Both the position numbers and the translations under genes were made by a program. 64,000 nucleotides of DNA from an uncultured Candidatus Bathyarchaeia archaeon (lineage in GTDB: Archaea; Thermoproteota; Bathyarchaeia; RBG-16-48-13; CAYPFQ01). The notes beneath the pieces are model-generated. The model saw nothing but the letters and a program-made list of their open reading frames with translations, was not told the origin of the DNA and did not search any database. The DNA lies in contig CAYYPV010000076.1 of the NCBI GenBank assembly GCA_964473665.1, forward strand, positions 3,332 through 67,331, given 5' to 3'. Every line of letters begins with the position of its first letter. Position 1 is the stretch's first letter. Below are positions 19,811 through 30,263 of the stretch, in pieces.

Positions 19811-20155
19811 TTGGAATTCTGCCCCAAATGTGGAACAAGGCTTGTACCAACCCAGAAAGGTAAGAGGAAAATTAAGGTTCTATTAACCTGCTCAAAATGT
19901 GGTTATGAAAAATCCACAAATGAGAAAATAGTAGCCGCCTCTCTTGCAAATGAACATACTCCGCAAAAACAAATAGCAATAATTGGAAAGGAAGAGCAGA
20001 AACTTCACACAATGCCTAAAATTAAAACCGAATGCCCCAAATGCCAACACACCGAAGCCTATTGGTGGCTTGTTCAAACTAGGGGCAGTGATGAAAGTCC
20101 AACTCAATTCTTCAGATGTACACGCTGTGGATTCACGTGGAGAGAGCTTTCATAA
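19811..20155 (+). CDS. tfs: Transcription factor S / RNA polymerase subunit M
   Basis: 114 aa with an N-terminal Zn ribbon (CPKCG…CSKCG) and a C-terminal TFIIS-type ribbon (CPKC…RCTRCG). Confidence 0.85.
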   Translation: MEFCPKCGTRLVPTQKGKRKIKVLLTCSKCGYEKSTNEKIVAASLANEHTPQKQIAIIGKEEQKLHTMPKIKTECPKCQHTEAYWWLVQTRGSDESPTQFFRCTRCGFTWRELS

Positions 20156-20250
20156 TTTTAAATCTGCCGAAAATTTAGATTAACTGAAGCTATATCGGAA
20201 ACTTAAAGAATAGATAATAGTCCTATAATCGATTACCTGGAGGTTTAAAG

Positions 20251-21009
20251 TTGTTTAAGGTAAAATTGGCAGACGCTAAACTATGGAAGGACCTGATGAC
20301 GGCGATTTCAACATTAATTGATGAAGCTACTTTTAACATAACCACTGATGAAATAACCTTACGAGCTATGGATCCATCACATGTTGCAATGATCGATTTT
20401 GCTTGGCCTAAAGCATCATTTGAAGACTATATCTGTGATCAATCAACAAAATTATGCGTGAACATTAGTGAGATGCTAAAATTACTTAGGGGAGTTGGTT
20501 CAGGGGAATCCATCGAGCTTTTTATAGACGAACAATCAGGACGACTAAACATGCAGCTGAAAGGCAAGTATACTAGAACATTTAGTTTAGCAACGTTAGA
20601 GACAGTTGGAGAAGAAGCACCTACACCAAAGATTACGTTTAACGCTAAAGCTAAGCTAACAACCGACGTATTAAAACAGAGTATGGACGACGCTTCCACA
20701 GTTAGTGACCATGTAAGCCTTGAGGCTGGCGCAGATAAACTCGTCATAAACGCTACTGGCGATTTAGGCAGTGCAAAAATTGAATTAGACAAAACAAGTG
20801 AGGCTCTGCTAGGATTAGAAGTTAAGGCGGAGGCAAAGGCTACCTTTAGCTTAAACTATTTAACTGAAATCATTAAGGCGGCATCAACCACTTCAGACGT
20901 CGCAACTATGGAGTTCTCCACAAATATGCCCATCAGATTAGATTTTGAGTTACCACAAGGAGGAAAGCTTCAATACTACCTAGCTCCTCGGATAGATGAA
21001 GGAGTTTGA
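20251..21009 (+). CDS. pcn: DNA polymerase sliding clamp PCNA
   Basis: 252 aa of PCNA-like sequence (FKVKLADAKLWKDLMTAIS…). Confidence 0.9.
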   Translation: MFKVKLADAKLWKDLMTAISTLIDEATFNITTDEITLRAMDPSHVAMIDFAWPKASFEDYICDQSTKLCVNISEMLKLLRGVGSGESIELFIDEQSGRLNMQLKGKYTRTFSLATLETVGEEAPTPKITFNAKAKLTTDVLKQSMDDASTVSDHVSLEAGADKLVINATGDLGSAKIELDKTSEALLGLEVKAEAKATFSLNYLTEIIKAASTTSDVATMEFSTNMPIRLDFELPQGGKLQYYLAPRIDEGV

Positions 21010-21189
21010 CGGGCGCAGATTTCGGTGTAGTCCTTCCTTGAGATTTAAAATCAAAAACTTCAAAGCATAACACCAGCTAAACAGCAGTCAATCTGGTTCG
21101 CTTGTTTTTCGTTTATCTATACAGAGCCAACTTTTTATACTTAAAACTCAATTTTTACAAAAGCAACAATAACTTTTAGGTGAACCAAA

Positions 21190-21618
21190 ATGACTACAGT
21201 ATATGATTCTGTTGAACCTGGAGTGCTTATACTCGATGCGCAGTCACCGATAGGTCATGTCTACCAACTTCGTTGCTATAAATACACTAGCGAAACAGAA
21301 AATAAAGAAATATACGGAAATTTTACGGGTTACATTAGTAAACAAGTTATTGAAAAGATAGAATCTCTTCGCGACCCGCAAGACCCGACTAAGCCCAAAT
21401 ATCAAATAAGCACAGATGAAATACCTGCCTTGTTAAGTAGACTATCGATTAAAATTTTGGTAAAAAAAGACAACAATCCTAAAGAGAGTATGGTCTTACA
21501 TCTCACAAACCTAAAACTAAGAGAAGGACTCAAACCAGTGATAAATTTTTCGGAAATCCCCTCTGGCTATGTCTTAAAAGAAATCGAATTTGTCGCGCAG
21601 ATCGAACCATCTCCTTAA
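21190..21618 (+). CDS. Hypothetical protein (142 aa) between PCNA and the primase genes
   Basis: Intact ORF with no recognisable motifs. Its position suggests a replication-associated role. Confidence 0.4.
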   Translation: MTTVYDSVEPGVLILDAQSPIGHVYQLRCYKYTSETENKEIYGNFTGYISKQVIEKIESLRDPQDPTKPKYQISTDEIPALLSRLSIKILVKKDNNPKESMVLHLTNLKLREGLKPVINFSEIPSGYVLKEIEFVAQIEPSP

Positions 21619-22010
21619 AGAACACCCAGAAAAATTGGCGGAGAGGTAGCATCTCTCTTCAACTGTAGTAAGTAATTTTTGAAATGTATCGCTGCAAAGC
21701 TTCTCTTAACATGGAACTTATAGATCTATTCAGGTTTTACTTAACTGGTTTAGACCTTTCCAGACTGGTTCAAGTAGTCCTATCTCGTTAAACTTAATTA
21801 ATTCTAATATTTCGCCTCCATTTTCCTGCTCGATTCCTTAAAATTATAACATTAATCATCAATGAAAGTATCTAAAACCGATTTTATAAAAAATTAAAAC
21901 CGTAGGGGACACTAAACTTTAGCCTATAAAGGCTAAGATAATTAAAAGAAACTATTTTATCTAGGGTTATCTTCAATTACTCCACTTCCGCAGTTTATTG
22001 TGAGAGAGAA

Positions 22011-23093
22011 ATGTTAACGAGTGAAAGTGATTGGGCTAAATACCCATTCACTGTTGAAGCTGGCAGATACGTTCAGGAGAGGGAACTAAAAATCGATGAT
22101 TTAGCCAATCAAACCTATATGCAGATTTTCGAGAAAGCTGTCAAACGGGTCGAGGAATCTATTCTTAACGGGGTGATACACCCGAGTTGGCGGAGAGTTG
22201 AAGATAATATCGAAATTCTTTCCTACCCTGTCGCCAACATGATCGTAATGGCCATAGGCGACTCTTTCCTGAAGAGAAGATACTCATTAGCAGAGGCAAA
22301 ACGAGCTCAGATGCTGCTGGTTAACGAGCCGCCAAAAAAATCAAAGGAACATACGCTTGATATAGCAATAAACACATTTGGTTGGGGAATTCGCTACGTT
22401 GACAAGCGAATTAATGAACGACATTTTGATTTTGCAGTTAGTTTTGCCGATTACTTGCGTGATGCAACAGGATTTCGCGATGACAAATGGAAGTTGGTAA
22501 ACCGAATCGTCATTGGAGGCTATGTCTACTTGACGACTGAAGAAACTATAAGATTATTGCAGGAAGAGATTCGTAAAAAAATTGAGAAGAAACTTGAAGA
22601 AAGCTTTGAGTTTGATATGCCACCGTTAATCGATCAAAAAGTAGAACTGCTTAAAAACATTGTAGCCAAACGGAAAGGAGAAATTACAATTGAAGAAATG
22701 CCGAAAGAATTTATCGTCGCCGCTTTTCCTCCGTGCATTAAAAGTTTATACAGCGCAACTTTCTCGGGTCAAAACATTCCTCATTTAGGCAGGTTTACAT
22801 TAACATCATTCCTGTTAAACGCTGGGATGACACCCGAAGAGGTCATGAAACTATTTTCTCAGTTGGCTGATTTCGACCAAAAAATGACTCAATATCAAGT
22901 TGAACATATAGCAGGCGTTAGAGGCTCAAGGACAAAATATTCGCCACCTAATTGTGACACCTTACGCACCCACGGAATCTGTATAGACATGGATGAATTA
23001 TGTAGCAGGGTTAGACACCCGCTCACCTACTACAAAAGGAAAATGCGAGTTCCACAAAGAACCGAAGTAAAAAAGGGGCGTGAGCAGCGATAG
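22011..23093 (+). CDS. priL: DNA primase large subunit PriL
   Basis: 360 aa with a helical N-terminal domain and a C-terminal 4-Cys Fe-S domain (PPC…PNC…GIC…ELC). Confidence 0.75.
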   Translation: MLTSESDWAKYPFTVEAGRYVQERELKIDDLANQTYMQIFEKAVKRVEESILNGVIHPSWRRVEDNIEILSYPVANMIVMAIGDSFLKRRYSLAEAKRAQMLLVNEPPKKSKEHTLDIAINTFGWGIRYVDKRINERHFDFAVSFADYLRDATGFRDDKWKLVNRIVIGGYVYLTTEETIRLLQEEIRKKIEKKLEESFEFDMPPLIDQKVELLKNIVAKRKGEITIEEMPKEFIVAAFPPCIKSLYSATFSGQNIPHLGRFTLTSFLLNAGMTPEEVMKLFSQLADFDQKMTQYQVEHIAGVRGSRTKYSPPNCDTLRTHGICIDMDELCSRVRHPLTYYKRKMRVPQRTEVKKGREQR

Positions 23094-23215
23094 AAATTGA
23101 TGAATTTATTAGGCTAAAATTTGCAGAGTATTACCACGAGAACTCACACGAAATTAAGCCGCCGACTGCCTTCGCGAGAAGAGAGTTTGGTTTCCTACTT
23201 ATAAAAGATAGAGCA

Positions 23216-24334
23216 ATGATTCGCCATAAGAGCTTTAGAAATGTTGACGAACTTACACGCTTTCTCGAGACAAAAATCCCGTCAGATGTTTACTATTCAG
23301 CAGCATACTATAACCAGCCAGAGGAAAACATGGAGGCGAAGGGATGGCTCGGGGCCGATTTAATTTTCGACATCGACGCTGATCATATCGAGACTCCTTG
23401 TAAAAATGAGCACGATAGCTGGGCATGCCTTAATTGCGGTAAAAGCGGAAGAGGCTTACCGCCTGACAATTGTCCATCATGCAATCAACAGAAATTTGAA
23501 GAGAGAACTTGGCTTTGTGAGAGTTGCTTAGAGGCGGCAAAAATGGAGACGCTGAAACTTATTGACATGTTATTAAGCGATTTTGGTTTCTCTAACGAAG
23601 AAATATTTGTATGCTTTTCTGGCAACCGTGGATATCACGTTCACATTGAGAGTGAAAGAGTACGCTGTCTCGACCAGCTAGCTCGTAAAGAAATAGTTGA
23701 CTTTGTTAAAGGAACTGGTTTAGATACGACATACCATGGACTTTACGAGAAGCCGATAGAGGTGCAAAAAATGGGAAAAACAACGGTTGGACCTGACATT
23801 AACGACCCTGGCTGGAGAGGACGTTTATCACGCGGAGTGTATGATTTTTTAGCAAATGCAACTCTTGAGCAACTGGAAAAAACAGGATTACAAAGGAAAA
23901 CTGCTAAAGCTATCATTGAACACAGAGAATCTCTTCTAAAAACGTGGCAAACTAAAGCCCCATGGGATGCAGTTAGAGGCTTTGGGATTGGGGCTTGGAA
24001 AAAAATTATAGATTACGCAATTAAAACACAAGGCGCGGATGTCGATACGGTTGTCACGACAGATATACATCGGCTAATACGTTTACCCGCAACTCTTCAT
24101 GGAAAAACTGGATTGAAGGCAGTACAGATTTCTGTTACAGATTTAGAAGCCTTCGATCCTTTAATTGAGGCAGTAGCTTTTACTAAAGGAACTCTAACCA
24201 TAAATGTATCTGAAGCGCCGAAATTTAGAATCAGTGACCGATTTTATGGTCCGTATAAGCAACAAAAGGTTGAGCTGCCGACAAGCGGTGCCATGTTACT
24301 AATGTTAAAGGGATGCGCAACATTGGGCGAATAA
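23216..24334 (+). CDS. priS: DNA primase small (catalytic) subunit PriS
   Basis: 372 aa with catalytic 'DLIFDIDADH' and a zinc knuckle 'CLNCG…CPSC'. Confidence 0.85.
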   Translation: MIRHKSFRNVDELTRFLETKIPSDVYYSAAYYNQPEENMEAKGWLGADLIFDIDADHIETPCKNEHDSWACLNCGKSGRGLPPDNCPSCNQQKFEERTWLCESCLEAAKMETLKLIDMLLSDFGFSNEEIFVCFSGNRGYHVHIESERVRCLDQLARKEIVDFVKGTGLDTTYHGLYEKPIEVQKMGKTTVGPDINDPGWRGRLSRGVYDFLANATLEQLEKTGLQRKTAKAIIEHRESLLKTWQTKAPWDAVRGFGIGAWKKIIDYAIKTQGADVDTVVTTDIHRLIRLPATLHGKTGLKAVQISVTDLEAFDPLIEAVAFTKGTLTINVSEAPKFRISDRFYGPYKQQKVELPTSGAMLLMLKGCATLGE

Positions 24335-24389
24335 GTTGTCCAATGAACAGCATAAACCACATAAACCAGCTTTTCTATGACCATAACCT

Positions 24390-24947
24390 ATGATTTACAA
24401 TGAACTGTATAAAGCATGGAAACAGGAGAAAGATAATGTTACGTTGCAGCCTTTGCAAAAGGACTTCTTCACTAAACTGAGTGCTTATGTAAAAAGTTTG
24501 AAAGAAGAACAACGTATGCTAGATGAGAAATCGACGAGGGCTAGACTAATTTTAACTGAACATAATCATGTAAGACGATTAATTTCAGAGTTGATTCAAG
24601 TGAGGCGTATGAAGATTCTTAATGGAGTTTTGGAGGGGGGCTCAATCCCAGTTGAAGACTGTACCATTGAGGAAGAAAAAATGCATAGTACCATAACATC
24701 GATTATAGACACTTATGATGGGATTCTTAATACCATCATTGAGGGAGGGGATATCAAATTGAAAATGAGTGCTGAGAAGCCAAAAAAGATATTAGTTCGG
24801 TTCATACAACCCCTTCCAGCCATTGTGGGTATAGATATGAAAAGTTATGGCCCGTTTAAATCTGAAGACATTGCCTCATTGCCAACTGAGAATGCAGAAG
24901 CATTACTTAAACAGAAGGCAGTGGTGAGAGTGGATATTGAAAAATGA
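24390..24947 (+). CDS. gins51: GINS subunit Gins51 (Gins15)
   Basis: 185 aa with the GINS N-terminal 'L.PL.KDFF…Y…L' motif ([19 protein letters not shown]). It lies downstream of priS, as in many archaea, and its stop overlaps the L44e start. Confidence 0.55.
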   Translation: MIYNELYKAWKQEKDNVTLQPLQKDFFTKLSAYVKSLKEEQRMLDEKSTRARLILTEHNHVRRLISELIQVRRMKILNGVLEGGSIPVEDCTIEEEKMHSTITSIIDTYDGILNTIIEGGDIKLKMSAEKPKKILVRFIQPLPAIVGIDMKSYGPFKSEDIASLPTENAEALLKQKAVVRVDIEK

Positions 24948-25222
24948 AGGTCCCAAAAGAAATTACTACATATTGTCCAAAGTGTAAGAAGCATCAACCG
25001 CATACCGTGACCTTATACAAAAAGGGTAGGGCGCGAGCAGACTCTGAAGGTACGAGACGCTATGAACGAAAAAAGCGCGGATACGGTGGGCAAAAGAAAC
25101 CTATACAACGAAGGACCGCAAAAACAACAAAAAAACAAACATTATTATTGACATGTAAAGTCTGTGGGTATACTATACAAAAGGCTGGGATTCGGTTGAG
25201 AAAAATGGAGATTACAGCGTAG
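24944..25222 (+). CDS. rpl44e: Ribosomal protein L44e
   Basis: 92 aa with the L44e C4 zinc motif (CPKC…CKVCG). Confidence 0.9.
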   Translation: MKVPKEITTYCPKCKKHQPHTVTLYKKGRARADSEGTRRYERKKRGYGGQKKPIQRRTAKTTKKQTLLLTCKVCGYTIQKAGIRLRKMEITA

Positions 25223-25223
25223 G

Positions 25224-25430
25224 GTGAAGTTTTTGGTAGAGTGGAATAAGCTAATTCCGAGACCCGAAACCAAGTTTCTGAGCGTTAAGTGTCCTAAATG
25301 TGAAAATGAACAGATAATTTTCAGTTCCTCTGCAACACTAGTGTACTGTAATAAATGCGGTGAATTGTTGGTGGAGCCGAGCGGAGGAAAGTCCATTATT
25401 AAAGGAGAAATTGTTGGCGAGTTCGAGTAA
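25224..25430 (+). CDS. rps27e: Ribosomal protein S27e
   Basis: 68 aa with a C4 zinc finger (CPKCENEQ…CNKCG). Confidence 0.9.
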   Translation: MKFLVEWNKLIPRPETKFLSVKCPKCENEQIIFSSSATLVYCNKCGELLVEPSGGKSIIKGEIVGEFE

Positions 25431-25433
25431 AAT

Positions 25434-25467
25434 TATCTGTTAGTACTAAAATTTTCTGTTAGTACTT
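25434..25467. repeat. Tandem direct repeat TCTGTTAGTACT x2 (10-nt spacer) containing a TTAGTACTAA palindrome, upstream of aIF2alpha
   Basis: Read directly in the sequence: tctgttagtactaaaattttctgttagtact. Confidence 0.5.
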
Positions 25468-25481
25468 AAGGTGAAAATTCA

Positions 25482-26273
25482 TTGTCGCATGAAAAAGCTG
25501 AATGGCCAGAAGTAGGCGACCTAGTAATGGTGACTGTTAAGAGTATTGCTCCATATGGCGCTTATGTTACACTTGATGAGTATGATGATAAGGAAGGGTT
25601 AATTCATATTTCTGAGGTTTCTTCCAGTTGGGTCAAGAATATACGTGACCATGTACGTGAAGGGCAAAAAACCGTTTTGAAGGTTCTTAGGGTTGATCAA
25701 GAGAAGAAACATGTAGATCTCTCTTTAAGAAGAGTTAGTGGTGCAGAGAAAAAAGAAAAATTGTTTCAATGGAAGCACGATAGGAAGGCTGAATCGTTGC
25801 TAAAAATAACTGCTGAAAGGCTCAACATGCCGCTTGAGGAATTAAAAGAGAAGGCTGAATTGAATATAGTGGAACAGTATGGAAGTTTGTACATTGGATT
25901 AGAGGAGGCTTCTGAAAAAGGAGCTGGCGCCTTAACCGAGGTTGGAGTGCCGGAAAAAATTGCAGATGCGCTAGCTGAAATTGCCCACTCTAAAATTAAA
26001 ACTCCTAAGGTAAAAATTAGAGGAATCCTTGAACTCACATGCCCGGCATCTAATGGAGCAGAAATTATCCGCGACACCCTCATAGCTGCAGAAAATCTAA
26101 AGAAAGCTAGAGATGCCGAGGTCAGTATTCACGTAATTGGAGCTCCAAGATATCGTGTAGAAGTGTCAGCTAAAGAGTATAAGGAAGCTGAGAAGCTACT
26201 TCAGAGAATATTTGAAACTTCAATACAAAGTCTAGAGAAGAGCGGTGGACAAGGTTCATTCAAGAGGGAATAA
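25482..26273 (+). CDS. eif2a: Translation initiation factor 2 alpha subunit (aIF2alpha)
   Basis: 263 aa with an N-terminal S1 domain. It sits in the conserved order L44e–S27e–aIF2alpha–Nop10. Confidence 0.85.
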   Translation: MSHEKAEWPEVGDLVMVTVKSIAPYGAYVTLDEYDDKEGLIHISEVSSSWVKNIRDHVREGQKTVLKVLRVDQEKKHVDLSLRRVSGAEKKEKLFQWKHDRKAESLLKITAERLNMPLEELKEKAELNIVEQYGSLYIGLEEASEKGAGALTEVGVPEKIADALAEIAHSKIKTPKVKIRGILELTCPASNGAEIIRDTLIAAENLKKARDAEVSIHVIGAPRYRVEVSAKEYKEAEKLLQRIFETSIQSLEKSGGQGSFKRE

Positions 26274-26274
26274 G

Positions 26275-26445
26275 TTGGTATATTTAATTAGGAAGTGTGG
26301 AGCCTGCGGACGGTATACAATTCAGCAAGATAAATGCCCAGTCTGTGGGAATAAGGTCTACGCAGTGCATCCAGCAAAATTTTCGATAGATGATAAGTAC
26401 TGGAAGTACCGGTATGCGTTAAAGAAGGAAGAAGGAGCTAAATGA
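26275..26445 (+). CDS. nop10: H/ACA RNP protein Nop10 (probable TTG start)
   Basis: The sequence from VYLIRKCGACGRYTIQQDKCPVCG is Nop10-like. The ORF-track M at 26245 overlaps aIF2alpha and is probably not the start. Confidence 0.7.
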   Translation: MVYLIRKCGACGRYTIQQDKCPVCGNKVYAVHPAKFSIDDKYWKYRYALKKEEGAK

Positions 26446-27218
26446 CTAAAACTGCTGTCCATGAAAAGTCAGGTGTTAAATTAAAAAATCCAATATTAAT
26501 TGAAGGATTGCCTGGTCTTGGATCCGTTGGCAAAATTGCTGTAACATATCTTACTAAGCAGTTAAATGCAAACGTTTTTGCGCGTATGTACTCACAGCAC
26601 TTTCCATATCATGTAATTGTTAACAAAAAGGGAAGCGTGAGAATGTTACGGTACAATTTCTATTATTGGAAGAACACCGATGAGAATGCCGACCTCATTT
26701 TTTTAACAGGAGATAGCCAAGCTCAGACGATTGAAGGGCAATATGAAATTGCGAACGAAATCCTCAAATTTGCTACTGTCCATGGAGTTAAATCCATAAT
26801 TGCTTTAGGAGGATTCGGTACACCTATTACGGAAACGGAGCCACAGGTTATTGGCGTAGCGACATCAGCAGAGCTACTTAAGAAGCTTAAGGATGCGGGG
26901 GTTAAGTTAAGCCAAGAAGACGTTCCCATTGTTGGCACTGCTGGTTTGCTGGTAGGGTTATCCAAATTTAGACACACTAAAGCCGCTTGTCTTCTAGGCG
27001 AAACTATGGGATATATGCCTGACCCGAAGGCTGCGAAGAGCGTACTGAAAGCATTAACGTCCATATTAGATATAGAAATAGATTTTAGTGATTTAGACAA
27101 GGAAATTGAAAAAACAAGCAAACTGTTGAATAAAATGAAAGAAGTTGAAGAAAAGATAGAAATATACGAAAAGACTTTGCGTAAAGTCGAAAAGGAAAAA
27201 ACATCCTACATCAGTTAA
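26442..27218 (+). CDS. PAC2/PbaA-PbaB family protein with C-terminal coiled-coil extension (paralogue 2 of 4)
   Basis: 258 aa with 'PILIEGLPGLGSVGKIA' and 'GYMPDPKAAKSVLKAL', then a KEIEKTSKLLNKMKEVEEKIEIYEK coiled coil. Confidence 0.6.
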   Translation: MTKTAVHEKSGVKLKNPILIEGLPGLGSVGKIAVTYLTKQLNANVFARMYSQHFPYHVIVNKKGSVRMLRYNFYYWKNTDENADLIFLTGDSQAQTIEGQYEIANEILKFATVHGVKSIIALGGFGTPITETEPQVIGVATSAELLKKLKDAGVKLSQEDVPIVGTAGLLVGLSKFRHTKAACLLGETMGYMPDPKAAKSVLKALTSILDIEIDFSDLDKEIEKTSKLLNKMKEVEEKIEIYEKTLRKVEKEKTSYIS

Positions 27219-27244
27219 AACCCAATATTTCAACTATTCCATTT

Positions 27245-29353
27245 TCAGTAATTTATTTTATAAATGAATATTAGATTGTTCGAAGAAGTATATACTAAGC
27301 TGAAGTGGGAACTCGGAGGGATCGCTCCATACGTGGTCATTTGATTCCCCAGAACTCCATAAAGTGTAAGCTCAGTAAATACCGTCCAGTTTTGCGGAAG
27401 ATACAGCCCATAGCTGGTCAGACCCAGATTTTGCGATAAAGTTGTATCTTGAAGCCGTGTAACATTCAAACCAGCTATTTCAGCCATCCAAGTCCACTTC
27501 ACTTCATCCCCATAGAAGATTGGACTCTGCTGCGAAATGTAAAGGCTCAGCGTTGTGAAGACGAGAATGTAGGAGGTATTATACCGTTTTAGAATTGGAA
27601 GCGCCACAGATTCATTACTCATATAAATAAGGCCTATGTTCGCAATTTGCGTTGTATTCAATGTTGCATTATCAGCGAGTGTTGTTCGATTACCGAGGAC
27701 TGTAACATAGTATCCATAGTCCCACCAACAGCACACCACTGAATTTTGAGGAGTATTATCGTGAAGCCATGCACACGCCTCCAACCAGTCACCAACATAG
27801 GCTCTCGTCGGTATTGTTGAAGAAGCTATTGTAACCGGCTGATAGGCACTAGACACACCTTGCACTACTGTTGAAAAAACCAGTAAAAATAATAGGATTA
27901 CAGTAATTGCTCCAAACTCTACACTGACATGAGTTGCTGAACGCGCTTTTCGCTTGGGGAACAATGAAACACCCCGTATTATATCAACGAAAGGTTTCGC
28001 CATTTCTACTACAGCTAATGAACTGAGAACAGCGAAGGCAGGCGCCAATATCAAGTCAAGTCGATCATATGATGTTGCAAAATAAAGAGCAGTTACACCG
28101 AAGAGTATTAGGTAGATGTTCTTGTTATTCGGCTTCTTAAAGGCAAAGTAGAAACCGATTAGGGCGAATATGCTAAGAAAACCAAATTCATAATACATCG
28201 ACGCCCATGTAGCTGGCTGATGTTCAGCGACAGATTCAATTATAGGCATTTGGAGGCGGAGAATCGGATTAACAACCGAAAGAAGTTTACCGCCTATAGC
28301 TCCGAACAACCTGGTTTTAAAAAGTACAAAAACTAAACCTAGAACCGACACAACAGAAAATGCCATTGCAACTACCTTCATTTTTAATGTTCTGGCATGC
28401 ATAAAAATTTCAGAGAGAACTAAAAGACCCAATGCACCATACACTGGCAGAGTGCCCGAATACGTCAGAACACCCATCCCTGGCCTCGGAACTTGTGACG
28501 CAACTAGAAGGCTTATTCCCATTGTTATGCTGAAGGAGATTAGAATGTTCGGACGATATCTACGTAAGAATATTAGGGCGACAACAAATATTGCGATCAG
28601 GTCCATAGAATAATAGAATGCAGTCCAGGAGATGTCGAGGTAGGCTAGCACTAGCCCAGCTGCAATTGAGTAATAGATGCATTTGGATAGAGATTTCTCC
28701 GGTTCAATAGCGCGCAAATAAAAGAGAGCGATTAGAATCAGAGCAAAAATTCCAATGGTCTCATGTTTGAAGAACCCTAAGTATGTTCGGCTAATATACG
28801 CTATATTCAGTGATAAAATTAAGGCAGATAAGAGGCCTACTTCTTTGCCTCCTATATCTTTAGCGAAGAAGTAGAGTGGAATGCATGTAATTGCACCCAT
28901 AACAGGTGGAAAGAAAATGAGTGCTTCCTCGACTGAAACATGAAATCCGAGAAAGGACAATATAAAGTAAAATATTGCCCCTGAGAATGGCAGTCCAGGT
29001 GGAGTAGTTGCCCAAATATTACGCCCTCCAGGATACCAAAACTGATAACTCACCCAATTCCAGAATGATGCACCTGTGCCAGGTATAGGCGCATTAGTAA
29101 ATGCATACTGAAAATTTTTTACTACATACTCTGTAACGAAATAATGATAGTATGGGTCAAATTCTGACAGGTATGCCCCCCATTGGAGTGGCAAAATGCG
29201 GACTAGAAATGCAATGATGGCAATTATGCTTAAGCATACGTAAACTATTAAACTGCCTAGTGAAATTTTTGGGTAAGCACTTTTTAATGAACTGAATAAA
29301 TCCTTCAAACCTTCCTTGCTAAAAAGTTTCCTAAACTTGCTAGAAAAGCTCAC
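27245..29353 (-). CDS. aglB: Oligosaccharyltransferase AglB (STT3 homologue)
   Basis: 702 aa with about 13 transmembrane helices followed by a periplasmic domain carrying the 'WWDYGYY' motif. Confidence 0.85.
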   Translation of the reverse strand: MSFSSKFRKLFSKEGLKDLFSSLKSAYPKISLGSLIVYVCLSIIAIIAFLVRILPLQWGAYLSEFDPYYHYFVTEYVVKNFQYAFTNAPIPGTGASFWNWVSYQFWYPGGRNIWATTPPGLPFSGAIFYFILSFLGFHVSVEEALIFFPPVMGAITCIPLYFFAKDIGGKEVGLLSALILSLNIAYISRTYLGFFKHETIGIFALILIALFYLRAIEPEKSLSKCIYYSIAAGLVLAYLDISWTAFYYSMDLIAIFVVALIFLRRYRPNILISFSITMGISLLVASQVPRPGMGVLTYSGTLPVYGALGLLVLSEIFMHARTLKMKVVAMAFSVVSVLGLVFVLFKTRLFGAIGGKLLSVVNPILRLQMPIIESVAEHQPATWASMYYEFGFLSIFALIGFYFAFKKPNNKNIYLILFGVTALYFATSYDRLDLILAPAFAVLSSLAVVEMAKPFVDIIRGVSLFPKRKARSATHVSVEFGAITVILLFLLVFSTVVQGVSSAYQPVTIASSTIPTRAYVGDWLEACAWLHDNTPQNSVVCCWWDYGYYVTVLGNRTTLADNATLNTTQIANIGLIYMSNESVALPILKRYNTSYILVFTTLSLYISQQSPIFYGDEVKWTWMAEIAGLNVTRLQDTTLSQNLGLTSYGLYLPQNWTVFTELTLYGVLGNQMTTYGAIPPSSHFSLVYTSSNNLIFIYKINY

Positions 29354-29682
29354 CCATTTTTGCCTCCAGACTTCTAAACGCTCTCATCTTTAATCGAGTC
29401 ACAGTCAATTAATGCTAAATAGGTTAAATACATTGCTTAAAGTTTCTCTAAAAACACAAGACCTTCCTTTAAGTAGAAAAATTAAGAACCTTAGCGCTAC
29501 ATTAAATGTGTTTATAATAAATGATAAGATAATAAGGCTATGAACCTTAGACCTGGCTAAATACAGCAAGCCTCACGAAATTCAGTAAAATACAGGATAA
29601 TGCTGAGTTTAATAGAGCTCAAATGGAAAACATTGAATTGGATGCGAACAACGCATTCAAGACTAAAAATGGCAGCATTAAA

Positions 29683-29760
29683 GGGCCCGTAGTCTAGCCC
29701 GGATATGACATCGGCCTTCGGAGCCGGGGATCGTGGGTTCGAATCCCACCGGGCCCGCCA
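29683..29760 (+). tRNA. tRNA-Arg (anticodon TCG), CCA encoded
   Basis: GGGCCCG acceptor stem. Anticodon arm TCGGC-CTTCGGA-GCCGG. T-arm GTGGG-TTCGAAT-CCCAC. 3' end CGGGCCC-G-CCA. Confidence 0.85.
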
Positions 29761-30107
29761 TATTTTGATTTTGAACTCAAATGTTACAGTGTTTTTAGTA
29801 TCTTTTTCCCTATACTGATGAATTTTAAGAGGAGGGAATCATTACTTTACAAATTTTGGTGGATGAATGACAGTAAAACGGAACATGGGGTATCTTCGGA
29901 TGAAGATGAAAGTATCGCGGAAAGTTACGTAATTGGGGCTTCCAATGAAAAGGGTGTCGTGTACGCTTTTATTTATCCTAATTCGCGTGAAAAAGAAAGA
30001 AAACATAGAGAATCATGGATGAAAGGAAATAGAGAAAGAAGAAATGGAAGACGCATTCTACTCTAAATAATTTTTTTACTTTTCCAAAAAGCATTTCGAT
30101 TAGTGGA

Positions 30108-30263
30108 TCGGGCAGGCCGGATTTGAGCCGGCAACACTCCGGTTTCCAATGTTCGCCTGGCAGGCTGGAATGATGCCCGCGACTCGGCGGACGTCTACAG
30201 CGTCTCCACCAACCTCGTGAAATAGGTTGATTCGGAAGCTCTACCAGGTTGAGCTACTGCCCG
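30108..30263 (-). tRNA. Intron-containing tRNA (~85-nt intron in the anticodon region); identity unresolved
   Basis: On the minus strand: CGGGCAG-TA-GCTC-AACCTGGTA-GAGC 5' half. T-arm GCCGG-CTCAAAT-CCGGC. 3' acceptor CTGCCCG. About 85 nt lie between the anticodon stem halves (TCCGA…CCGGA). The exon-1 loop …AUCAAC… reads CAA but conflicts with the short variable loop. Confidence 0.5.

Noticed and set aside
29818-30066. 82-aa ORF in the tRNA island, and a similar 90-aa ORF at 41586–41858 between rps7 and tuf
   Set aside because: No motifs and odd composition. Both lie in regions better explained as intergenic leader or promoter sequence. Probably non-coding.
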